A DNA stretch of 63,835 nt, filler included, from Basidiobolus meristosporus CBS 931.73 (taxonomy: Eukaryota > Fungi > Basidiobolomycota), in assembly GCA_002104905.1 (NCBI GenBank). It is 4 parts of 4 records of this genome, joined end to end, with 100 filler letters (N's around TTAATTAATTAA, not from the genome) between each part and the next. Parts side by side here need not be neighbours in the genome. Positions count along the whole stretch, not along the records: positions 39,841 to 56,956 come from MCFE01001102.1; positions 57,057 to 63,835 come from MCFE01001359.1; 2 more parts are not named here. One strand, 5' to 3'. Below the pieces are notes generated by a model. The model made no database searches. It was not told the origin of the DNA and worked only from the letters and a program-made list of their open reading frames with translations. Both the position numbers and the translations under genes were made by a program. The first letter of the stretch is position 1. Each line of letters starts with the position of its first letter. Below, piece after piece: positions 51,101 through 63,835 of this stretch.

Positions 51101-53510
51101 TAAGCATTATAAATAAAGTTGTGGCATCATATACCCACATATATGTAGCACTATTTCCCCTTTGGCTTGACTCACTCCCATATATATGCTGCCAAAAAAT
51201 TAAGCAAGGTTGTCTGGTTCTCAACTAAACCCCACTGCTGACAGCAGCAGAAGAATGGTTGGACAACAGCTTGCTTTGACATTCAGTGCAACAAGTGGGG
51301 CCACATCCAAAAAAGGCCATGTTGACAGTGTGTCCACCAAAGGTAATAATGCAGACTCCTCAGGCTCTCAGTAAGGTAGTCAATTGAGAGCTTCCGCAGG
51401 GCTGCAAGCTGACTGTTATGTTCAGGCAGATGAGAGTGTAGCAAATGTAGTACCTTCAGTTGAAGACCAGAAGCTGGCCACTTTAATATCACCTCCACCT
51501 ATATTAGCAAGTACGTTGTCAGCTCATACTGAAGCATTAATGAAGCAATTGGGTGCTGTGGCTGATAGGATAGATGCAATAGCCCAGAGAAATCAGGAAA
51601 TAGTCCAGAAGCAGGATGAGCAGATAATACCTGTAGAGCAATCAACATCCCAGGTAGAGAAAGCAGTATCTTTGCTTCAAAGAAGGAGCTCAAGTAGGTC
51701 AATATCCCAGCCAAGAATTGAGCAATTTCCCAATGTAACAGTAGAGGAACACTGTACTGTCTTTGAAATACAATAACAGTGCCCAAAGATAAAACCCACA
51801 GATAAACCTATCACAGCATGGAAGGAAGACAATGTGGAGCTTATACCAAAGCCTAAAAATCAAAAAACAGTGAAAATCCATGAAGCCATTGAGTGCAACA
51901 ATGAAGAGTGGGCTAATATTCAAGAGGCCATCAGAAGTCTATCATGCCATCACCTTAAGGTTGGTATACAATGGGACCATCAGGAACTCCAGGCCATGCA
52001 GAGTGTGCTTGACTTGTTACATGAGCATTATCCTGGATTCAAATAGGCAGACAGATTTTGGGCCTGCATTAGTATGCTGAGAAAGTATCTTAAGAATAGC
52101 AGAAAATATCAAAGGCAGAAGAACAAGGGAGTCATGGCTAAAAACCAGTGGCTTCCTCAAGAGCCCATTACAAGCAGGGCCAAAAGATCCAAACAGTTGT
52201 TGAAGAGATGTCAGGTAGCTGGAAGAGTGCCACCTATGGACAAGCAGACAGACACAGATGCACCAGCACAACATTTATCAAGGAAAAAGTGTAGTACCAC
52301 TCTAGAAGCATTCACTCAAAGTAGCAGTGAAGGACCTTACAGTGATAAAAACCAGCAGCTTTCTCAGGAACCTGTCCCACCTACAGCTGAAAGCTCAAAA
52401 CAAGCAGTAAAGAAATGACAAGTTGCCAGGAGAGTGCCAGCAAGGGACAAGCAGGCCAAAACAGATGAGTCAGAGCAGAATTTATCAAGGAGAAAACATA
52501 GTTCATTACAAGAAGCATGCAGAAAAAGTAGCAGTGAAAGACCTGGCAATGATAAATGAAAAGGTAAAGGGAAAAATGTCTACCCCGGCCTGAGACAGGG
52601 AAGCATACAAAAAAACTGCAGCTCTTGCTAATTAATGCTATTAGCCCAGAACAGACTGAATCCCATCATAGCCAAGAAGAATTACCAACAAGAAAGCAGC
52701 TGTTTTCACAAGAGTTGGAAGCACAGGTGGTTGAGCTACACTCCAGCAAGGTAGATGAGTTAGCAGAGAAAGGCAATTTGTCTACTACAGCCTCCACATC
52801 CTCCATTGTTGACAGAGTTAAGATCCCAGTGACAGACAATGCTACCATGTCAAGAACTTGAGCAACTATCACAATGCCTTTGGTGAAACTTGGAACAATA
52901 ATAGGCACACCAAGAAGTTGCAGCACTTATTCTAGAGCAGTGCTCAGGAAAATACACTTGAATATTGCAAGGATTTATTGCAAAGACTGGCAGATAAGGT
53001 GCTAGACCTTGCAGTGCTGGCTGAAGACCAGGATGTGTGGGAACTAGTGAATGAACAGTGGCATAAAGCTGTTGGGTTCCTATTGAAGTCATGGAAACAG
53101 AGCATTACAGCAGATATATTTATTGAGTGGTGGATTTTAATGAAGTAAATTGTTGCATGTACAACTGAAGTTTCAACAGATCAATTTGTACACATAAAAA
53201 GTAAGAGAAACAATTGAGTCAGGAAGTACAGTGTGTGAAAAAGAGGCAATAGCCAATCAATGTACACAAACATAGGAGGTGATTGAGTGCCCAGGATCAA
53301 AGAGTGAGAAAATAGCCAGAGAACCAATCAAAAGCCACTAAAACATTGTTGAGATGGACAATTTTGACTAAGTTTTTTGTGAAATCTGGGGTGCAATCAT
53401 TTTTCAACAGTCTCTGCACAGTGTCCTGACAGGATCCATACCTCTTAGTCACAGGACTTGGAATTTGTAATGGCCATTTGATGGGACCATCACAATAATT
53501 TTTCATAGGG
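48106..53510. mobile_element. Most complete CACTA/CMC-like transposon copy: transposase on minus (~48106-51050, split by an LTR), ORF2 on plus (~51300-53100), right terminus at 53510
   Basis: ORF 48688-48978 contains NLMVVSLVSGPKSLSNLDSYLYLLLDDF...VKAYIIICIGDT (Tnp2-like). ORF 50628-50963 has a CxxC...H Zn-finger-like N-terminus (CVYCSKPLSHEGLRQH). Terminus ...AATAATTTTTCATAGGG. Linking both ORFs to one element is inference. Confidence 0.62.
49196..50273 (+). repeat. Gypsy LTR (1,078 bp), same family as 33268-34346
   Basis: TGTAGTGGGG...CACCACCACAACATTGCA, collinear with the reverse complement of 33268-34346. No TSD seen (CACAT/ATGAT). Confidence 0.9.
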
Positions 53511-54048
53511 GGTCTAAACTGCTGGTGTCTGTATCACTAAGACACTACAGTAAAGGCTCCTGCTTCTCTAGCTTTTTGGTGCTCAAAGTATCTCCAAAGG
53601 CCTCTGTGTGTCTTGCACATCACCGTCAAAAGTTCCTTGATGGCAAGTCTAAGGTGTAACTGCTGAAGGTAGGTCCAGTGATCAGCTGATACCTACTAAG
53701 GGCCAAGTGTTACTGATAAAATGGATGATTTATTAGTGAGGATTTGACTTCCCAATGAGAAATGACATGATCAGCTCTGCTATGCTAGTGCATTGGTGTT
53801 GCTTCATTCTTAAAGTCACTGGTATTGGCTTTGCAATATGATGAAACATACTTCAACTTGAACAGATTTCAATATCTGATGCTTAAGGTAATATGGATAC
53901 TATTTGGACTGGTGCTCCCGTATCTAGAATTGTCAGACCTGAAACCAAGTCCTCTTGATGCAACTACTCCTACATAGAGTACCTGCATGGCTTTGGAGTA
54001 CTCCTAGGAAGCTCTAAAGAGCATATGTGCATAGTATGGGGCTATTAG

Positions 54049-54398
54049 CATTGTAAAAATTTGGAATTCCACCTAAATACTCACCTAACTTAGTCACTTG
54101 GATCATTACCATCAAGTCATAGAGAATACTGACCAAATTTCTTGTCAGCATTTACTTGGAATATTTTCACCAAAATACCAAGTACCCAGAATATGAGAGT
54201 TGTCAAAGTTGTCCAAACAGTCCCAAAGTTTGTACACATGTTTTTGGGACCCTCCTAAACCTTCTCTATGTGTTTGTTATGCCAAGATCATGTAACAGTA
54301 TAAATACTACTTTTACATTCAATAAATCATTAAGTGTAAACCAAATTATCTACTTGTCCTTGCAAATCACTTCCAATATCTCCAAAACTCTTACAACA
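54049..54398 (+). repeat. Solo Copia LTR
   Basis: Family LTR sequence ending TTACAACA; flanks ATTAG/ATTTG form a degenerate TSD. Confidence 0.88.
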
Positions 54399-56137
54399 AT
54401 TTGAACACCTTTAATATTCTTAATGATCTATGCTCCTGCTATTCTGGTGAGAATATCCTCAGTAAATCTTGACAAAGAATTTGGGCAGAGCACTCCAAAA
54501 TCTGAAGACTTGGAACCTAGTGACTAAGCTAGGTGACTATTTAGGCTTAATGACAAAGTTGGCTGCTGGTGGTTGTTAGGTTCCTGATAATATTGGTAAT
54601 CTTGTCTCAATGAGTCACTGATTGAATCAAATCATGCTGTGAATCTTGTTAGGTTCTACAGAGCTTGTGTGAATCATCCATACAGATTTCTAACTATGTA
54701 GTGGTGTATAGGTCTCAGAGTGATTGATGACCAACACTGTGCAAATGGCTTGTGTGAGGTGCCCACTAGGTGCAAGAACATCTGGCCATAGTATGCTTGA
54801 AGTACTTGGGATTTGTCATTACACCAATATGATGGGAATAAAGTCTTAAACCTGTCCCCTCAAAAATCTGAAACTTGGATTCATCAGATTTCTCACTGGT
54901 ATTCTGCTGGCAATGAACCGGTGTTTTCTATTCATATTTTCAGGTGAAAACTCCCTCAAAGTAGTAGGTGGCTGATTATCAGGTTTGATATGAATGCTAG
55001 TTGGCCCAGCCTCCTTCTTGAAAATATATCTGCTTGTCTGCCAATAAGCCAATACATGGGATATTGAGGGCTGTGGGTATTGAGAAACTTGGAGTTTAGC
55101 TGCTGTTATGATGGTACACTGCTGGCCTTTTCATAACTTTTCTCTCAGGGGTCAGGCAAAAGTTATTGAGCCACAGTGCCCAGCTTGGTTGGTGTCATAG
55201 AAAAGTATGTGGTGGGCTCAGCATCAATTGTGGTGATTATTTATCAAAGGCACTGAAGTCAAGAGAACTGTAAACTCCACCAGCAGGGACTAAATCAGAT
55301 TGCAGATTTGTACAATAGTTACAAAGACAGAGAAGAATCATTGCTTGCAAAAGTACATATTTGGGAAAGATTCAAATACAATGAAGGATACCAACTCTAA
55401 GTACTCCTTAGAAGTAGTGCCTCCAAGGTCAGTTGGCTTGTACAGTTTCCTGGGAATATCTCTTGGTCCAGGATTAGAAACTCTGGTAGCACTAGGTAGC
55501 AGCAACAACACTGAGCAACCAAGTTCTCCCAAAAATCTTGAACAATACCAAGTCCCTCACAACACTGGATACCAGATGTTTTGGTGAAAATATCCAGAGT
55601 AAGCCCTAACAATGGGGATGGATAGGAAATAGTAAGGTTCATAGGTGGTGATCTGCCTGACCAAGCCAATGTAAATATACAGGTATAAGTATAATACTTA
55701 CCACAGGAAGTAGCATGGCTTGGCAAGCTTGTTAATCGCTAAGGATTATTTCCAATTCTACCACCGTGATACTTGAAGATAATCGAGCTTATATGCAATG
55801 AGGTAGAAATGCTATGTCTGAATAAAGTGTAAGGATGTTGGACACCATTTCATCCGAGAGACTATACTTGGCCACGGCAGCAGAGCGTGCGACAGTCGCC
55901 GAGAATATCCAGAAGTCCGTGTGACCCAGCAAGCTACCCACCGACTTGACTCGACATAATGGGGGATGGTCGGAGTATCATCCAGTTGGCAGAAAAAGGC
56001 ACAGTGACCGGATGTTCCCGGGCATCTCCAAAATACATCCCCCCCAAATCACTCTCCGCTGCCACCTTCAATCTGGTGAGCCAATGTTCGAACTCCCGGG
56101 ATCACTGCCAACACTTCGCATTCACTTGCAATAGGCT

Positions 56138-56489
56138 ATGGGTCTCAAGGTTGCTGTCACTTTGCTTTGGCTGGGCTTCTGCTGGCCTGGGGCAAGACTG
56201 CATGCTCTACACCACCGTTGGCATGAAGGATGTTGTTGGTTTTGCTGAGGTGAACCCTAACGTTGGCTATGGCACAGCTGAGCGTCAGTATACAAGCGAT
56301 CGGAACGACCTTCCAGAACTGTGTACCACAGCAGTAACCACAACTCAACATCCGTATTGGGGGGGCCGCTGCCTGGACCGCGGATGTCACATCCCAACTG
56401 CACCAACACTTCTGCAGAAGAAATGGACCCGCTTGCAAAGTGGGTTTGGAACCTCCCTCCCCCCGTGGCAACAAATCGGCGTGGCTTGA
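56138..56489 (+). CDS. Possible frameshifted or low-quality gene for an unknown secreted protein at a contig end
   Basis: ATG 56138 gives hydrophobic MGLKVAVTLLWLGF. A neighbouring frame gives QDCMLYTTVGMKDVVGFAEVNPNVGYGTAERQ with gene-like codon usage. The region is CpG-rich, unlike the repeats. Confidence 0.25.
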
Positions 56490-56956
56490 ACCATGGACCA
56501 GATCACGGTCCGACCGGAAGCCCACCAACCAGAGTAGGGATGAATTTCCAATGGATTACCGAGTCCTACCATCTACGATCAGGAGACCACCCTTCCCGAG
56601 ACGTGCTAGGACGTTGGGCGCCGTTCCCATCCCCCAACAAAGCGTGGGTTGGATCCAACCGGTTTCCGAGGTCTGGTGTCACATAACCTGACCGGTTGGG
56701 CATCCGGTCGTTGAGCACGAAGTACGGTTCCCCGTCCGCCATCCACTCGGAGCCGAATCTTACCCCCCCCCTCCTTCCCCACCAATCCAGTTTCTTCCCG
56801 GGCACGTTGTCCCATCCAAGAGCAACGGATCATCTAAATCCTATTGAGAGGGGGGGGGGTGAGAAAAAGGAGGGACTTCCCAAACTACCTTGGCCAAACA
56901 AAACAATCGAGGGGATGTTAAGTAAACAGGTTCACAGTTGTTTATTACCAGGTGTT

Positions 56957-57056
56957 NNNNNNNNNNNNNNNNNNNNNNNNNNNNNNNNNNNNNNNNNNNN
57001 TTAATTAATTAANNNNNNNNNNNNNNNNNNNNNNNNNNNNNNNNNNNNNNNNNNNN
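56957..57056. other. Artificial contig spacer
   Basis: N44-TTAATTAATTAA-N44. Confidence 0.99.
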
Positions 57057-57671
57057 TCTCCCATTGTCTTTGGATGCCCAACTTTGCGCGTGGCCTCACT
57101 TAAAAAATAACTGCAGATCAGGTTCAATACTCTTCTGTAGCATCAGTATATCCCCGTAACTGTGGTGATATAATCCATTGGGATTATGAATAAAGAAGAT
57201 GTATTAGTGTGGTGAAGCCTTCATATGGGACAGTGTGTACAATCCCCACATTACTTTGATATTTTGGTTGGGGCATATTGGTGAGTGTTTGTTTTCTTAT
57301 CGCCACACTTGCCATACCTTATGGCTAGCCTGAACAGCCTGTTAGATGTGGTTTTTGGAAAGATCATATCCAAAGAAAATTGGAGATAGGTTTATTCCAC
57401 CTGATTGGATGTGGATGCTGATTGTGTCAAATACTTTGTCACTCAATATGAGGCAAAGAATGCACAAGTTGGGGCTGTTGGCTGCAGTAAACATAAAGCC
57501 CAACAATGGAGATGGCCCCATGGATTGTACCACCTGGAATCCAAGGATCAAGTTGAGATGTTACACTGTTGTTAACATCCTGTTTACACCTAAACAATTC
57601 ATTGAACATAAGAGTTTTTAAGCTTATTACCAAGTTATGAGTCATTTACTTAGGGAATAAGATGTACAATA

Positions 57672-58002
57672 TGTTGTAAAAATTTGTAATTCCACCTAAA
57701 TATTCACCTAACTTAGTCACTTAGATCATTACCTTCAAATCCTAGGGAATACTGACCCAATTCCTTGTTGGGATTTACTTAGAATACTCTCATGTTCTGG
57801 GTAAATATTCTAAGTTGTCCAAACAGACCCAAATGTTTCACACATGCTCTTGGGACCTTCCTTGACCTATTCTACAAGTTTGTAATGCCAAGACCATGTA
57901 AATGTATAATACTACTTTTACATTCAATAAATTATTAAGTGAAAACCACATAATCTACTTGTTCTCCCAATCACTTTCAATATCTCCAAGACTCTTACAA
58001 CA
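57672..58002 (+). repeat. Solo Copia LTR (slightly shortened)
   Basis: TGTTGTAAAA...TTACAACA; flanks CAATA/CACTA form a degenerate TSD. Confidence 0.9.
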
Positions 58003-58516
58003 CACTATTGGCTGATCCTTGAAATTAGTGAAGGCCTGGACATTGTTCACATTATCAAACTCTCCAAAATGCCCTCAAACTCCACCCAGCTTCCTGGAGC
58101 CTCTCTCACAGCTTTATACTCACTAACTCTACAAAGTTGCACCACAGGTATAGATGTCTCATTGAACTCAACAAAGCTACAAGTGAATATTATGCCAATC
58201 CCTAAGCAATGATGGCTAGTGTTTTCAAGTGCAGACATTAATATATGCTCTGTCATGCCAGCTATTTCCTGGTGTTGCAATAGGCAGCATGCCAGATCCA
58301 TCCAGCAATCAGTGCAGATGGCTTTCCAGGTTGGACCACATTTTTGGCCTGAGCATTGTTGAGACTTCTATCAGATTTCTGCTTAGATACTACAAGATTG
58401 CTAGCAGAATCATGCTGATGAGAGTCAGTTGCCGGCAGGATTTTCTGGTGGGGCATTTATTCAATGAGAATGCATCTGGTACCAAAAAAAAGACTTGGTC
58501 ACATATTTCTTCAAGA

Positions 58517-59392
58517 TGTTGTAAGAGTCTTGGAGATATTGGAAGTGATTTGGAGAACAAGCAAATTATGCGGTTTTCACCTAATGATTTATTGGGTGTA
58601 AAGTAGTATTTATACTTTAGCATGGTTTTGTCATAACAAACATGTAGAATAGGTTTGGGCAGGTCCCAAGAGCATGTGTACAAAGCTTGGGGCTGTTTCA
58701 ACAACTTGTCTAATTTTCATGTTCTGGGTACCTGATATTTTGGCAAAAATATTCTAAGTAAATCCCCACAAGGAATTTGTTCAACATTCTCTAGGATTTG
58801 AAGGTAATGACCTAAGTGACTAAGTTTGATGAGTGTTTAGGCAAGATTACAAATTTTTACAACACTCCCACTCAGCTAAATGCTCATACTGACTAGTCCT
58901 AATTTTGACCTAAGATATTTAAACTTGTCTCTAATGTATGGTTTGGTAAATATGTCTGCAATTGTTTCATCTGTAGGACAGTAAGCTAAGTTAGCTAAGT
59001 TATTTTCTATAGCTTCACATATGAAATGGTGACTAATATCTATGTGCTTAGTTCTAGCATGAAAAGTCGGATTTCTACCTAATTGTATACATCCTTGATT
59101 ATCTTGAAATACAGTAATTGGCATTTTTTGACATAAGCCTAAATCTGTAAAAAGCTTCCTTAACCACATTGCTTCTTTTGTAGCTGCACAGGCTGCCATA
59201 TACTCTGCCTCTGTGGTAGAAAGTGCTAAGGTTGCTTGCTTTCTTGAGTTCCATGAAATTGCTCCTTTACAATAACAAAAGGTGTATCCTGTGGTGGATC
59301 TTCTATATTACAAATTTTGTCCCCAATCAGCATCAGAGTATCCCACAAGATCTTGATCTGAATCCTTATAGGTGTACCTTACACAGATATCA
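58517..59392 (-). mobile_element. Copia 3' end (RNase H, PPT, LTR 58517-58864)
   Basis: ORF 58876-59199 (KHIDISHHF) on the minus strand, followed by PPT and LTR. Confidence 0.9.
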
Positions 59393-59519
59393 GGTGAGAC
59401 ATTTATTCAATGAGCATGTATCAGGTACCAAGAAGAAACTTGGTTGAAGAAATTTGGTTGGAAGTTACTGGGGAGACAAGTGAGTCATGTGGTTTTAATG
59501 ATTTATAGGGCTTGTTTTT

Positions 59520-59747
59520 TTGTCATGTAGAATAGGCTAAGGAGGGTCCTAAGAACATGTGTGCAAAGTTTGGAGCTGTTTGGACAACATATCCAATTTT
59601 CATGTTCTAGGTACCTGAAATTTGGTGAAAAATATTCTAAGTAAGTCCCAACAAGAAATTTGGTCAGTATTCTCTAGGACTTGAAGGAAATGATCTAAGT
59701 GACTATGTTAGGTGAATATTCAGGTGGAATTACAAATTTTTACAACA
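59520..59747 (-). repeat. Partial Copia LTR
   Basis: Reverse-complement LTR sequence ending TTTTACAACA at 59747. Confidence 0.85.
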
Positions 59748-60239
59748 TTAATGTGATATACCTTTATTTGAGCAACCTAACCAGCCAGTACATGCAATTG
59801 CCTTATTTGGCAAGAAAGTGGATGGTGTTTGGATGGCCTTGATGAAGACCTCTGTTGGCATTACCATGGCAGTACAGTGGCCTAAAGCTGGTCATGTATA
59901 ATGCTACCATACCACAATGGGTATTCCATATATTGTACAAATCAAACAAAAACTATGGCTTCCTTAGCTTCTTGATTGCAAAGGAATAGTTGTCTCTATG
60001 TGTACATCTATCCTCAATATTCTCCAACTTTTCCTGGCTGTCCCCCATATATCAACTCATTGCACCCACAATGAATTTGAAGGTAACATTCTCAATGAGA
60101 TTGGTAAATGGAAGTACTTGCAACTTAATTTTTTTTTCCCAACTCCCATGCATCTGCTCTGTAGAGACTCTAATGGTGAAGCAAGGTCCAACATACTCTG
60201 CGCATCAAGTAAGATTGAGTAGAGAATGGATGCAGTAGT

Positions 60240-60702
60240 GGAAGATATCTATGCATTCAATCTTATACTTGTGGCATAGCTGCTCAAATTCTGTCACACA
60301 CTCCATGCATAAAAGCTGTCAATGTGTTAACTTTGCATTAGTAATATGCTTCTGGACAAATACTTCTACAATGTCAACATTTAACTCCAAATGATTCTAA
60401 TGTACTCAGGGTTGAAATTGCCTCAGAATGCCACTTAAATAAATGCACATCCAGTTCATTCAGTCTTTGCATTTGTATGGTTGAATGTGTATGATATATT
60501 CTGTATGTTCTCACTGTGCAAAGATGATGTACTTAGTGTTTGCTTTGGGATAGCATACTAATAATGTGTGTGAGTTGAGGAGCAAATCCCCTGGATCTCA
60601 TACATTCAATAGCAATACCAACCATTGTGCCCAGAAAAGCTGGCTATCTTGCTGATGGCAGGGGCATCTCCAATGCAGAAGATAATATGGGCATTGACAT
60701 GA
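60240..60702 (-). mobile_element. CACTA-like transposase fragment, interrupted by the Gypsy LTR
   Basis: Homologous to ~6300-7020 and ~48110-48730; contains the CIGDAPAISKIASFSGH-type block on the minus strand. Confidence 0.65.
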
Positions 60703-63700
60703 TGTTGTGCATCAACAGTTAAAACTTGGCCAATTTCACTCCATTAGAAATCTACCACCCTAACTGATTTTCCCTAACTCAAACATAACTGATCCCTGTT
60801 ATGGTTTATTTTATCACTTCTCAGAATCTATTTCTAGCTGTCACACCTGATCAGTTTTCATGTGGTCATTACATCCTCAACTGATCTGCTAAGCCTTTCC
60901 CAGTGATTAGTCATCTGAGATTTATCCAACCACTGAGCAGTTGCAAGACATCAGCTGATTAATGATGCAATTTTTCATTGATTGTATGCACCTATCAGCA
61001 CCCCAACAGATTTCAATTAGTCCAGTCTCTTGGCACTTACTAATGCTACTCAATCAGAAAAGTATAAATAAAGTTTACTGAACCTTTTGGTTTAGTGTGT
61101 TTCTTAACAAAATTAAGAGTTCAACAAATCCATTCTAGTTTCTACCTAAGCTTAGCATATCTAGCACTCTCAAGAGCACCAAGCCTAGCCTGCATAGCAA
61201 ACTTACTCTGCTGCCTTTATAGCCCAACTCAGCTATACATAAGATCAATATTTGATCAGAACCAATCTGCTAATATTTCTGGCACTCTTGAAAATTCCAA
61301 GATTCTACACTTAGTTATCACTTAAGTTCAGTTAACTCATTCAAGAGTTTTATTACACTTTTATCTTGGATACAACATTTTTTTGTTGAATTCCATTACA
61401 TTCAACCATATTACAATATGTCTTCAGCAGCAAGCAATCCAAATCTTTCCATGTTGGAAGAAGCCTGCAGAAATCACAAAGAACTAACTGAACAGCTTGA
61501 AAACATCATGCATGAAAGAAACACTTTGATGCTTGAGCACTCAAAGCTTGCCAAGACAAGATCTGACAATCATTGTAGAGATGAACTTCTTGAAGTTATT
61601 TCTGGTTACCAGATGAAATTGGAATTATTAAAGAAGCCCTGGAGAATGTTGCCATTGTAATTGACAGCATTGAAAATCCACCAAGCCTTGCTCAGCATCA
61701 GCCACCAAGAAGTCATGCCTTTGGATTCTCCAGATCTACATCTTGCTCCAGACCAACTGTGGTGGTTGTCCCAAGATCCTTGCCTCTTTATGCTGAAGGA
61801 GTCAATGCCAAAAAGAATCCTACTGAGTTACTTTACAAGTTTAGTCATGTCTTAGCCAAGCACCAGCTAGACCCTGACACTAATTGGGCTAGACTTCTGC
61901 CTCTCTGTCTCACAATGCAAGATGCTGACTGGGTTGAGGTGAACATTCCTTGCAATAGTGCATGGAAAGTTGCCCAGAACCTCTTTTGTGACCATTTTGA
62001 AGATCCCCTCAAGAAGCTCATCCAAACTGCAACTTATGGAAAACTACAATGCAAAAAGGTGTATCTGTGCAACACTTCTGTGATAGATTCAAGAGACAAA
62101 TGAGACTAGCTGGAGTTAGTGGTGACAATCCATTGCTTACTTCTCATTTTCTTTCAAACTTTTCACACCAGCTACAGAGCAATATTGCTATTGTCAAAGC
62201 ATGCAACACTGCATGTACCTATGACAAAATCTCAGAGATATGTACACTTGCAATCACCATGACTGCAGCTGTTAGCCAGGCATCAGGCAACTCCATTCAA
62301 GATGCAGCAACAACCAGAAAAGAGCGCAGTCATATGATTAAGAAGAAGTCAGCTGCTAGCAAGCATTGTGAGTGTCATGGAAGATGCTATCTTTTCTACC
62401 AGTGAGTGCAAAGGCATCACCAAGCAGTCAAACAAGTCCAGAAACACATCAGAGAAGCAGCAAAACCAAAACTGATCATCCATATGCTGATGACAAATGC
62501 TTAAATGTGGAAAGATGGGACATAGATCACCTGCCTGTCCTGAGAAGAACTCTACACCATTGGCAAAAATTACTCAGATTCTAGATGATCATTCAACCAA
62601 TGATATGACAGGGTATGAGGAAGCATAGGAAGAACTTACAGTTCAAGATTTTCACAACCTCTTTGAAATTCCGGCTAAAATGCAACTACCCAAGAAAAGA
62701 AGCAACCAATTGCGCAGCTAAAAGCTATAGAGGTGCCACTCAAACTCAATGGCCAATCATATGTAGCACTACTGGATACTGGATCATCCAGCTCTATTGT
62801 ATCATCTCATGTAGTCAAAGAACTCAATTTGGCAATAGAAAAGCAACCAGGAAAAATCATACCTGCAGCTAAGGACCTCTCAGCCCAAGAATTGGTATCA
62901 CCAACCCAATCAGCATACACTGCTATTCAATAACTATAATCCATCAGAAGGAAGTTATTAACATTCCAGCATAGTCTTTGCCTTGAAGAAGTTTCATCAG
63001 TACTTATGGGGTAACCCTTTTACCTTGTACACCAACCACCAAGCCCTTGTCTATATCCACACTCAAAAGACTCTGACTCCAATGCTTACAAACTGGCTTA
63101 ATACTCTACTTGATTAGGAATATTCAGTTATTCATTGCCCAGGAATCCTCAACATCCTGCCTGACCACCTTTCAAGTCTTTTCCCAACTTCACCTTGGGA
63201 GGGACATGTGATTACTGACATAATCAGTAAGCTCACTACAACTTCTGAAATAATTCCTCAACTGGATTCAGTAACCTGGAAAATCCCACATACCAATGAA
63301 AGGAAAATGTTGATACAGAGGAGTGATATACTTGGACGCTTTGGAGCTGACACACTTATGAAGAAGCTACACTCTAATGGATATCACTGGCAAAATATCA
63401 AAGCTGACTGCCTAGAATTTGTCAAGTCTTGCAGAGAATGTCAACTTTACAATATCAGCTGCCATGGATTTCACCCATTGAGTCCCATCCATGCAAGCCT
63501 TCCTATGGATCATATTGCAACTGATCTAGCTGGATCTTTCACCACTAGTGATGATGGAAATCACTACCTCTTTGTAACGGTGGATATCTGCACATGTTTT
63601 GTCTTCCTCAAAGCTATCCCAGACAAGTATGCTGCCACTGTTGCACAAGCACTATTCAGCTCTTCTGCCTCTTTGAGTTCCCTAAGGTCATTCAATTGGA

Positions 63701-63835
63701 TAATAGAACAGAATTTGTAAGACATATGATCAAAGCCTTCTGCCTGAATAGCGCCATTAATCACCGTCTGATTGCTCCATATCATCCAAAAGCTGTTGGA
63801 CTTGCTGAAAGACATGTTCAGACCTCAGTGAACAT
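60703..63835 (+). mobile_element. Ty3/Gypsy element (second family): 5' LTR 60703-61377, gag, protease, RNase H, integrase; RT absent; runs off the window
   Basis: LTR TGTTG...CAACA with TATAAATA at 61063. Coiled-coil gag from 61418, LLDTGSSS protease, RNase H-like ALKKFHQYLWGNPFTLYTNHQAL region, and integrase DHIATDLAG...VDICTCFVFL. Confidence 0.9.

Noticed and set aside
57057-58516. ORF fragments in the degenerate repeat-like region around the solo LTR
   Set aside because: CpG-depleted and probably TE-derived, but I could not recognise diagnostic motifs, so it is left unclassified.

Overview
This is eukaryotic, most likely early-diverging fungal, DNA; that assignment is an inference from the short GT-AG introns and the gene and TE types. 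The window holds four sequence segments joined by three artificial 100-bp spacers (N44-TTAATTAATTAA-N44), so adjacency across spacers is unproven. About 80% is a nested, CpG-depleted transposon graveyard. It contains one Copia family (~350-bp LTR, half-tRNAiMet primer site; at least 6 internal copies plus solo LTRs, some inserted into each other's LTRs), two Ty3/Gypsy families and a CACTA/CMC-type DNA transposon with a divergent second ORF. A CpG-rich gene island at ~16.3-26.7 kb encodes a secreted PLA2-like protein with a degenerate active site, an alpha-arrestin, a SPIDR/DUF4502-like protein, an EPT1/CPT1 phosphotransferase, and adjacent Pol I subunits RPA12 and RPA34. The top observation is a 1,425-bp AT-rich fragment (1896-3320) encoding a D6/D11-like SF2 helicase of the nucleocytoplasmic large DNA virus (NCLDV) type. 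It replaces the integrase region of a Copia copy, in frame with the upstream protease region. A second short AT-rich, apparently foreign filler sits at ~37991-38146.
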